A stretch of DNA of 17,528 bases, taken from assembly GCA_965205865.1 (NCBI GenBank), contig CBDBHR010000013.1, positions 1 through 17,528 on the forward strand, in the 5' to 3' direction. Below, one piece after another: positions 1-7,750 of the stretch. The notes under the pieces were generated by a model. That model did not search any database and was not told the DNA's origin. It saw only the letters and a list, made by a program, of their open reading frames with translations. Source of the DNA: a bacterium (GTDB lineage Bacteria > SAR324 > NAC60-12). The position numbers and the translations under genes were made by a program. Within the stretch, counting starts at the first letter, position 1. Each line of letters begins with the position of its first letter.

Positions 1-76
1 AAAAACAAAAATAAATCGTTTTCTCGTCATATTGAATCAAATAGAGAATCAAATAGAATCCAATCGGTTATATTTA

Positions 77-1408
77 CTATTTTCGAAACCCTTTTCGGCT
101 AGGGTCTAGCTCGGATCGAAGCGCACGTCGTAGTCCATACGGGTCTTGAAGCCTGGGATAACCCGTCTCAGCCAGCAGCTTTTTCGCGCCTTCCGGGTCA
201 TACTGATAGGTTTTCTTGACCTCTTCGGGCCACTGCTCGAAGGGCGTGCCCACTCCCGCCTTGGAATTGGCCATGTATCCGTTCGGAGTAGCATCGCCAA
301 AACCGCTGAAGAAGCTCTTATTGATCGTCTCCAGATCCATTGCCATCTGCATGGCCTGGCGCACCCGGATGTCATTGAAGGGCGGTTTGTTGATATTGTT
401 GAAAATAAAAGAGTTGCCACCCCGAAACTTGAAGGTCCACATATTGATTTTGGGATTGGTCTTTTGCAGGTTCTGGATCTGATCGATGTTGCGCAATTGA
501 GAGTCGCCGGCCGTCCCCAGTATATCAATCTTCCCCGAGCGCAGGGCCGCCAGCCGCGTCGCTATATCCGTCATGACGACGGCGTTGATCTCGTCGACGT
601 AGGGCAAACGGTTCCGCGGAAACTTCTCGTCGAAGCCCCAGTAGTTGTCAACCCGGGTCCACTTCATAGAGCGGCCTTCGTCGTAGTTCGCCAGCTCCAT
701 GGGCCCCGTGCCGACCAAGTTCCTCCAGTCCTTGATATCCCCGTGCTGCTTGATGACCTCCGGAGGGTAGATCTGGGAAACCCATTGGTCGAAGATTAAA
801 GGCAGGGCATCAACAGATGGCCGCTTCAGCTTAAAGACCACCGTCCATTTGTCGGTGGCTGTTACGGATTCAACGAGTTCAGGGATCCCACCAGCCATGG
901 GGCTGACTTCAGTGAAGCCGCTGCCCAGCCCCAAGAGACGATGATAGTTGAATTCGACATCGCTGGCGGTCAATTCTCTGCCATTCATGGGGGCCTTGTC
1001 GTGCCAGTGAACGCCCTTGCGGATGTGAGCGATGATCGTGGTCGGGTCGGGGGTAAACCACCGTTCCGCCAACGCCCCTCGAAACACAGACCAGGGCAGG
1101 TCATAGGTCCGCAAGTTATTGATCTTCCGATTGATCGCCCAATCCGCGATGACGAGCTTCTCCGTGACCTCGCTGACGAAGTGGGTCGCCCAGCCACTGA
1201 TGTACCAGACATCGGTATGCTCCCCATGGTTGGGCCGGCCATAGGTGATGGAGCCGCCATACTGAGGTACCTCCACCATCTCTCCTGTGCTGGGATCCAT
1301 CACCATCTCCTTCTCAGCCGTAGCTAGCGGAGCGAACCAGAGGGCGATCACTACCAGGATAAGGGTTATCAACAATGATTGCATTTTACTTGTTTTACTT
1401 TTTTCCAT
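77..1408 (-). pseudogene. Family-5 (peptide/nickel type) ABC transporter substrate-binding protein, frameshifted and 3'-truncated
   Basis: Signal peptide (LLITLILVVIALWFAPLATA) and SBP_bac_5 motifs PQYGG, IRKGVHWHD..GRELTASDVEF, VGTGP, PFNDIRVRQAM, YDPEGAKKLLAETGYP. SD AAAGGAGG precedes the ATG at 1408; an in-frame upstream ATG pair lies at 1504/1507. The expected GFKT continuation is in another frame from 153 and stops at 108-106. Confidence 0.8.
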
Positions 1409-1436
1409 GATTCCTCCTTTTTCACTTTGATTTTGG

Positions 1437-1479
1437 CAAAATGTGGGGACGTGGACTTGTTCCGTGTCCCCATATTTTG
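1437..1479. repeat. REP-like hairpin related to the inner palindrome of the MITE-like element
   Basis: CAAAATGTGGGGACGTGGA-CTTGT-TCCGTGTCCCCATATTTTG; the arms pair with a few G-T pairs and resemble GCAAAATTRGGGGACAYGTA of the element at 4013 and 15988. Confidence 0.65.
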
Positions 1480-1665
1480 TAGATTGTTGCGTTACATGTC
1501 TCATCATTTCTCCTTTCTCAGAAATTTATTGCTTATAATGATTGTAACTATTCAAGTCTCTGAAAAACCCGTTTAGTTCAATATCATTAAAAAAGATTCC
1601 CGGGGAGGATCGATCGTTTTCAATTCCTCTCATGATATTGTTCAATCAATCGGGAACCTTCTCTG

Positions 1666-1718
1666 TCACTAAAACAATTTAGTGAAGGCACGATACTAGC
1701 ACAACAACAACAACGCAA
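1666..1718 (-). promoter_or_regulatory. Putative sigma70 promoter with an operator-like palindrome at the start site
   Basis: Minus strand TTGCGT (1718-1713)-N17-TATCGT (1695-1690), followed by the perfect inverted repeat TCACTAAA-N4-TTTAGTGA (1666-1685); it points toward the SBP gene. Confidence 0.45.
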
Positions 1719-1775
1719 TGTGAACCCCCTGCCGTAAAAAAAGTGCGGAATTCGCGAAAAAATTAAAAAAAGTGT

Positions 1776-3800
1776 TTAAGATTCCAGCGCTCGCACGTTC
1801 ACTCTTGCTTCGTGAAAGGTACCTCCACCTCCCAAATCGGTTGTATTTTGGGAAGTCAACTCATTGATACTGCTCATGCGCGACGCTTCGCTTTCCCAAT
1901 AAATCCCTTCCAAAACCAGCAAACCAGGCTGTGTCTTTTCAGAAACAACGGCTTTTCGGATATTGCTGCCACGCCCATTGAATACTTCGACCATTGCCCC
2001 ATCTTCGATGGCGCAGGCTTTGGCATCCCGAGGATGGATCAGCACGGTGCCGGTTTCATTTTTATAGCGTTCCCCAAAAGTGGAGTTCAACAGGTCGATC
2101 ATAGGCGGGGTGATCATTTGAAAGGGATAGAGGATTGATAAACTGATATCGTCGAATTCTTCCTTGGGCTGGAGAGAAGGGATCCGGGGAACGGCAGGAT
2201 CTGCGGAATTCACTGCGAATCGAAAGCGTTTGCCTTCAAATTTCGAAAAATTCCCACCGGCTTCCGTCATTTGGGAAGGAAGCACTTCTCCGGGAAGCAA
2301 CCCACTTTTTTTGCGTTCGTCCGAAACACCTCTCATACTATTGACAATAATCGAGATTCGCTCATCTACGCCGTGTTGAAAAAGAGGGTCGCCATATCCC
2401 ATTTTTCGGGCGAGGGTTTGAAACAGTTCGAAATTGCCGAGGGCCTCACCTTTTTCTGAAATGACAGGCGCCACGCGTTGCATAAAGAAATGGCCGTACC
2501 CGGTGTAGAGATCGGAATTCTCAAAAGAAGTGGTAGCCGGCAACAGTAAATCCGCATAACGCGCGGTTGGCGTAACGAACTGCTCATGGACGATGGTGAA
2601 CAAATCCTCTCGTGCCATTCCTACTCGCACTCGACTGGCATCGGGAGCCACGCTGAGCGGGTTACTGTTGTAGACAAACAGCCCCTTGAGCGGGGGTCTC
2701 AATCGAGTGAGGGCGTCCCCCAACTGCACCATGTTTACTTTCCGATTAGGAGTTTCCCTCAAAGCCTGGTAATTCAAATAGTCGGGTTTTAAGGAAAAGG
2801 CATTGCTCGAAAGCAAAGCCCCTCTTCCGCTCTCGCCATCAAACAGTCCCAAGGCGGCGGAAAGGCAGGCGATCGCCCGCACCGACATCGCGCCTTGCGT
2901 GTTGCGGGTCAATCCAATACCGATGCGGATAAAGGTTTTCGGAGTGTTCGCCAACATGCCTGCCAAGTCCCTGATTTGAGACTCGTCGAGTCCCGAATCT
3001 TTGGCTGTTTTTTCAAGCGGTAGCTGTTGCGCATATGATGAGAGTTCGTCGAATCCCTCCGTATGGTGAGCAATGAAGGCGTGATCGACTGCATCTTTTT
3101 CCAGCAAAATCTTGAGCAGTCCCAATGCCAGCGCCACGTCGCCTCCCGGTTTGACGGGGTAATAAAGGTCCGCACTCTGCGCCGTCGCATTCAGATAGGG
3201 ATCAATAACGACAAATTGGGCCCCCTGACGCCTGGCCTTCACCACGAAGGGCATGAAGTGAATATTGGTTACTTTGACGTTGATACCCCATGCGATAATA
3301 AGATCGGCATTCAACGCTTTTTCGGGAGGACTGGCAGGCCCAGGTCCATAATGTAGATTCCATCCTGCGTCGGCTGCTGCGCAACAAATGGTCTTCAACA
3401 GTTGGGAGGCGCCATATTTGTAGAAAAACGGTTCTCCGGCAAAACGGTTGAGCAAACCCATATTGCCCGCATAGGTATAGGGCAGCAGCGCTTCCCCGCC
3501 ATATTTGTTTTTGATGGTGGTCAATTCATGTATCAGTGTTTGCCAGGCTTCTTCCCAGGAGATTCTTACAAATTTTCCCTCTCCTTTTTTTCCAATCCGA
3601 CGCTGAGGATACAGGACTCGTTCCGGCGATTGCGCACGATGATGATACGTGCTGAATTTTTTGCAGAGAAACCCTTGAGTGAAGGGGTGGTCAGGGTCGC
3701 CATCCAATTTAGTAATTTCCCCATTGCGCAGAGTGGCAATCACACTACAAGCATCCGGGCAGTCCAATGGGCAAACCGTTTTTCGCTTTTCCAAAACCAT
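1776..3800 (-). CDS. Molybdopterin oxidoreductase family protein (DMSO reductase superfamily, YoaE-like uncharacterised group)
   Basis: N-terminal Fe-S motif CPLDCPDAC...GFLC, RISWEEA, YTYAGNMG, TARYADLLLPATTSFE and a C-terminal molybdopterin dinucleotide domain (LNSTF..IHPRDA). No Tat signal. Start placed at ATG 3800; the ORF is open to 3845. Confidence 0.9.
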   Translation of the reverse strand: MVLEKRKTVCPLDCPDACSVIATLRNGEITKLDGDPDHPFTQGFLCKKFSTYHHRAQSPERVLYPQRRIGKKGEGKFVRISWEEAWQTLIHELTTIKNKYGGEALLPYTYAGNMGLLNRFAGEPFFYKYGASQLLKTICCAAADAGWNLHYGPGPASPPEKALNADLIIAWGINVKVTNIHFMPFVVKARRQGAQFVVIDPYLNATAQSADLYYPVKPGGDVALALGLLKILLEKDAVDHAFIAHHTEGFDELSSYAQQLPLEKTAKDSGLDESQIRDLAGMLANTPKTFIRIGIGLTRNTQGAMSVRAIACLSAALGLFDGESGRGALLSSNAFSLKPDYLNYQALRETPNRKVNMVQLGDALTRLRPPLKGLFVYNSNPLSVAPDASRVRVGMAREDLFTIVHEQFVTPTARYADLLLPATTSFENSDLYTGYGHFFMQRVAPVISEKGEALGNFELFQTLARKMGYGDPLFQHGVDERISIIVNSMRGVSDERKKSGLLPGEVLPSQMTEAGGNFSKFEGKRFRFAVNSADPAVPRIPSLQPKEEFDDISLSILYPFQMITPPMIDLLNSTFGERYKNETGTVLIHPRDAKACAIEDGAMVEVFNGRGSNIRKAVVSEKTQPGLLVLEGIYWESEASRMSSINELTSQNTTDLGGGGTFHEARVNVRALES

Positions 3801-4012
3801 GAGTCTTGTTTGTGAATGAGATGGAACCAAGCGAGGGTGAGTCAAATTGAAAGATTATTTTACACATTTTCTTTTGAAAAGCAAATAAACACTGGTGCTT
3901 TCAAATGCAATATTTCGCTGCCACGCAAGGGAAAGAAAGCACAGACGGTCAGGCGAAATCCATCTAAATATCGTTTGAGCTCCATATCCGTATTTGTTAT
4001 GATTTCTATTTA

Positions 4013-4166
4013 GGAATGAAATTTAAATAAGTTAGAAGTATGGATACGCAAAATTAGGGGACACGTAACAGCAGGCATAAAACAGTAGAGTTGGGATGCC
4101 GCTGTACATGTCCCCCAATTTTGCTCACACCATTGGAAGAATTACATGTTATTTAAGGTTTGTTCC
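4013..4166 (+). mobile_element. MITE-like element, copy 1 (154 bp)
   Basis: Ends GGAATGAAATTTAAATAA / TTATTTAAGGTTTGTTCC (14 of 18 complementary), flanked by a TTA direct repeat (4010-4012, 4167-4169); near-identical inverted copy at 15988-16145. Confidence 0.85.
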
Positions 4167-4207
4167 TTAACAGGACACCAACAGCAATTATGATTGATGA
4201 GGAGATC

Positions 4208-6145
4208 ATGAGCAAATTATTGTGGCAACCTTCTGCGCAACAAATTGCCTCCAGCCAAATCAGCAGTTTGATGGAACGGATTCAACGCCGTCACGCGATT
4301 GCCGATAGCCAATATACAACCCTCCACCAATGGTCAATCGACCACCCGGAACTATTTTGGGAAGAAGTCTGGCAGGATTGTGAGATTCAGGCTTCCCAAC
4401 CCTACACGCAGGTGATGGGGAAAGCGAAAATGCCTGGTACGGTTTGGTTTGAAGGCGCCCGTTTGAATTTTGCGGAAAATTTGCTGCGTTTCCGACATGA
4501 AACTCGAGAAGCCATTTGCTTTTTTGATGAACGTGGCAGAGGGAATTCACTGACTTATCGGCAACTGGCGGAAAAAGTATTCCAGTGTGCTGCAGGTCTG
4601 CGCGCCCATGGTGTTGGAGTGGGGGATCGGGTGGCGGCCTTTTTGCCCAATTGTCCTGAAACCGTCATTGCTGTTCTGGCCACCAGCAGTATAGGCGCGA
4701 TTTGGTCATCCTGCTCGCCGGATTTTGGAATAAATGGTGTTCATGACCGTCTGGGACAAATCACTCCAAAGGTTTTGTTCACTACCAATGGCTATTATTA
4801 TAATGGAAAAACCATCGATTGCCTGGAAAAAACCAGGGGAATTCTGGATAAAATCGATTCGATTCAAACGGCAGTGGTCATTCCTTTTATCGAGGCACCT
4901 TATGAATCATTCCCCAAGAGCCAAAAATGGGAGGAATTGCTCAACATGGCGGAGCCGCAGGTAGCATTTGAGCAGTTGCCTTTTGATCATCCACTGTACA
5001 TCCTTTATTCCTCCGGTACCACTGGCGTACCCAAATCGATTGTTCATGGCGCGGGCGGCACTTTACTCAAACATTTGTGTGAGCATCGCTACCACTGCAA
5101 CTTGAAAAAAGCAGACCGGCTGTTTTATTTCACCACCTGCGGTTGGATGATGTGGAACTGGCAGATCAGCGGTTTGGCGTCCGGAGCCACCCTCATTTTG
5201 TATGAAGGTTCGCCGTCTTACCCGGATATTGGTCATTTATGGCGGCACGTCGATGACTTGCAAATCACCCATTTTGGCACCAGTCCCAAATTCCTGGGGG
5301 TCGTGCAAAAATCTCAGTATCGTCCCCAAGACCAACACAGCCTCCATTCCCTGAGAACTTTGATGTCTACAGGGTCACCTTTATCTGAAGAATTGTTCCA
5401 ATGGGTGTATCAGAATGTCAAATCCAACTTGCAATTGGCCTCAATTGCGGGAGGGACCGATCTGATTGGCTGCTTTGTGCTGGGGAATCCGAATTTACCG
5501 GTCTATGAAGGGGAAATCCAATGCAAAGCTCTGGGTATGGATGCGCATGCCTACAACGAGCAAGGGGAATCGGTTGTGGGAGAGAAGGGGGAATTGGTGT
5601 GCAAGATTCCTTTCCCTTCTATGCCGATCTATTTTTGGAATGATCCGAATGGAGAAAAATACCACAACGCCTATTTTGCGTCGTTTGCGGGAATCTGGAC
5701 CCATGGTGATTTTATCGAAATCACCGTGCGAGGAGGGGCCTTGATTCATGGGCGCAGCGACACCACCCTCAATCCCGGCGGAGTACGCATCGGAACCGCG
5801 GAAATCTATCGGCAGGTCGAAGCCATGCCGGAGGTGCTGGACAGCATTGTGGTCGGACAAAAATGGGAGAATGATGTGCGGATTGTGCTTTTTGTGGTGC
5901 TCCGCTCCGCTCTCACGCTCGATGCCGAATTGCGTGAGAAAATCAAAACCACTATTCGCGTGGGTACCACCTTTCGGCATGTGCCGGCCTTGATCCATCA
6001 AGTAGCGGATATCCCCCGCACCATCAGTGGAAAAAAAGTCGAAAAAGTAGTACGTCAAGTGCTGGAAGACGAAGCTATTTTGAACAAATCAGCCCTGGAA
6101 AATCCCGACTCCCTGAAGGCCTTCTCAGCCTTCAGGGACTCTTGA
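4208..6145 (+). CDS. Acetoacetate--CoA ligase (acetoacetyl-CoA synthetase)
   Basis: LWQPS start, WFEGARLNFAENLL, GAIWSSCSPDFG, YILYSSGTTGVPKSIVHG, FTTCGWMMWNW, SIAGGTD, GRSDTTLNPGGVRIGTAEIY. SD GAGGAG precedes ATG 4208. Confidence 0.95.
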   Translation: MSKLLWQPSAQQIASSQISSLMERIQRRHAIADSQYTTLHQWSIDHPELFWEEVWQDCEIQASQPYTQVMGKAKMPGTVWFEGARLNFAENLLRFRHETREAICFFDERGRGNSLTYRQLAEKVFQCAAGLRAHGVGVGDRVAAFLPNCPETVIAVLATSSIGAIWSSCSPDFGINGVHDRLGQITPKVLFTTNGYYYNGKTIDCLEKTRGILDKIDSIQTAVVIPFIEAPYESFPKSQKWEELLNMAEPQVAFEQLPFDHPLYILYSSGTTGVPKSIVHGAGGTLLKHLCEHRYHCNLKKADRLFYFTTCGWMMWNWQISGLASGATLILYEGSPSYPDIGHLWRHVDDLQITHFGTSPKFLGVVQKSQYRPQDQHSLHSLRTLMSTGSPLSEELFQWVYQNVKSNLQLASIAGGTDLIGCFVLGNPNLPVYEGEIQCKALGMDAHAYNEQGESVVGEKGELVCKIPFPSMPIYFWNDPNGEKYHNAYFASFAGIWTHGDFIEITVRGGALIHGRSDTTLNPGGVRIGTAEIYRQVEAMPEVLDSIVVGQKWENDVRIVLFVVLRSALTLDAELREKIKTTIRVGTTFRHVPALIHQVADIPRTISGKKVEKVVRQVLEDEAILNKSALENPDSLKAFSAFRDS

Positions 6146-6159
6146 TTTTTCATTTGGCT

Positions 6160-6843
6160 TCAACGGCGTAGAATGGCAAGCCAGCGCCACAAGTTGAGCA
6201 GTCCTGCCAGGGAACTTGCCACGTAGGTAAAGGAGCAGGCGGTCAGGATACTACGGACTACCTTCTGGTCGTTTTTTCCGATGTATTCACCTTGCCGGAG
6301 TATGGGTAGGGCTTTTTTGAAGCTGGCATCCAATTCTACGGGAAGCGTGACCAAGTGCACCAAGGAGGGTCCTCCCAGCGCGCACAATCCTCCCAGAAAG
6401 GTGAGCAAACCCAAAGCCGGGGCCCGGCTGAGCAAGGTGAGGAACGGGGTAGCTAAAATGATCAGCGAACCGAATTTCTCCATTTTTTGAGAGATCAGGA
6501 CCAGCCGGGTACGCCATTCCAAGGGGCGGTATCCTGTATGATCCTGCACCGCATGTCCCACTTCGTGAGCCGCGGTTGCCACTGCGGTGAGGGATTTCCC
6601 ATGCATGTTATCCGCCGATAATCTTACGGTTTTTGTGAGTGGATCATAATGGTCTCCCAGCTCTGTTTCCTCGACCCGTACCTCGCGCATGCCGAAATTT
6701 TCCAGCAAATGAACTGCAAGTTCTTTTCCGGTACCGGGAATATCTTCCCGAGGTTTGCTATGACGCAAAAGCGTGGATTTGGCCCAGTAATTGGGAACAT
6801 AAAGCACCAGAAGGAAGAAAATCAAGGGGATCAAGATGTGCAT
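6160..6843 (-). CDS. Putative neutral zinc metallopeptidase (YugP / Zn_peptidase_2 family, membrane-associated)
   Basis: LGDHYDP..KTVRLS, AAHEVGHAVQD (HExxH), LVTLPVELDAS, TYVA motifs; hydrophobic segments. Confidence 0.92.
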   Translation of the reverse strand: MHILIPLIFFLLVLYVPNYWAKSTLLRHSKPREDIPGTGKELAVHLLENFGMREVRVEETELGDHYDPLTKTVRLSADNMHGKSLTAVATAAHEVGHAVQDHTGYRPLEWRTRLVLISQKMEKFGSLIILATPFLTLLSRAPALGLLTFLGGLCALGGPSLVHLVTLPVELDASFKKALPILRQGEYIGKNDQKVVRSILTACSFTYVASSLAGLLNLWRWLAILRR

Positions 6844-6852
6844 GAGCCTCTC

Positions 6853-7479
6853 TTAATTTGTTGTCACGGGCATATTCGGCAATTCCGGTTGTTCTGCCAA
6901 AGAACGGGATTCTGCCAATTCTTGATTTTCGCCAGTCGCCTGGTCTGTTTTCTCCGTATCCTGATTCATATCCAATTCTGTCAGGCTGGGGAGGTTGCTG
7001 ATTTTTTTCAAACCAAATACTTCCAAAAAAAAATTGGTCGTACCATATAAAATTGGCCGTCCCGGGACTTTTTCTTTACCAGCCACCCGGATCAGTTTTC
7101 GCTGCAGGAGGACTTTCAAGGTATGGGAGGAATCCACGCCGCGTATAAACTCGATATTGGCGCGGGTGATCGGTTGTTTATAGGCCACGATAGCCAGCGT
7201 TTCCATGGTAGGCAGTGAGAGTTTGATGGGCTTGATGGGTTCCAGTTTTTGAATCCAAGGGCGAAATTGAGGTTCGGTCCGCATTTGAAAGCCTCCTGCA
7301 ACCTCCCGGATACGAAACACCCGCCCTGTCAGGTCGTATTGTTGATTGAGATTCTCGATGATTTCTCGCGCATCTCGAATATTTTCCATGCCAACCAGTT
7401 CGAGCAGTTGCTTGGGCGAAATCGATTGGGGCGACGCAAACAGAATCGCTTCCACAATTTGTGCCAAGTTTTTTTCCAT
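6853..7479 (-). CDS. scpB: SMC-Scp complex subunit ScpB
   Basis: VEAILFAS, VAGGFQMRT, LS...METLAIVAYKQPITRA.IE.IRGV, GRPILYGTT..FLEVFGL...LP. Start placed at ATG 7479. Confidence 0.95.
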   Translation of the reverse strand: MEKNLAQIVEAILFASPQSISPKQLLELVGMENIRDAREIIENLNQQYDLTGRVFRIREVAGGFQMRTEPQFRPWIQKLEPIKPIKLSLPTMETLAIVAYKQPITRANIEFIRGVDSSHTLKVLLQRKLIRVAGKEKVPGRPILYGTTNFFLEVFGLKKISNLPSLTELDMNQDTEKTDQATGENQELAESRSLAEQPELPNMPVTTN

Positions 7480-7750
7480 CGAAACTTTCTTTATTGTCGT
7501 CACATCTCCGGAATCTATCCTCGGGCAGGAACATTGACGAAAATCAGGGCTGTTGCCCGGCGAAGGCTCCCTGACTCTAAAAATTTTGAACTTCACTTTT
7601 TGCCATGTCCCTTACAAAGAGTCAATTTCCCATTCTTTCAAAAAGCATATATACTGCCACTCGAACTATTGATATTTCACTCAAGATAGATTATTGAAGT
7701 TCTATCTGATTTCAATCGTTTTTTTGCCGGTATCACAATATAGGAGAACC

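Noticed and set aside
34-60. Short tandem repeat GAATCAAATA(GA) x2 plus a partial copy
   Set aside because: Too short, AT-rich and without spacers; not a CRISPR array or convincing iteron set.
1590-1662. AAGGTTCCC...GGGAA on the minus strand, suggestive of a cobalamin riboswitch
   Set aside because: The following GGTG..AA.TCC and GCCACTG core elements are absent.
1686-1701. Sigma54-like GGCACG-N6-GC motif on the + strand followed by CAA repeats (CrcZ-like sRNA idea)
   Set aside because: No + strand gene follows, the CAA repeats would lie mostly upstream of the start site, and the same bases fit a minus-strand sigma70 promoter better.
4013-4166. Integron attC or CRISPR interpretation of the repeat
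   Set aside because: No RYYYAAC...GTTRRRY bounding, no cassette array, and no integrase or cas genes; TIR plus TSD structure fits a MITE.
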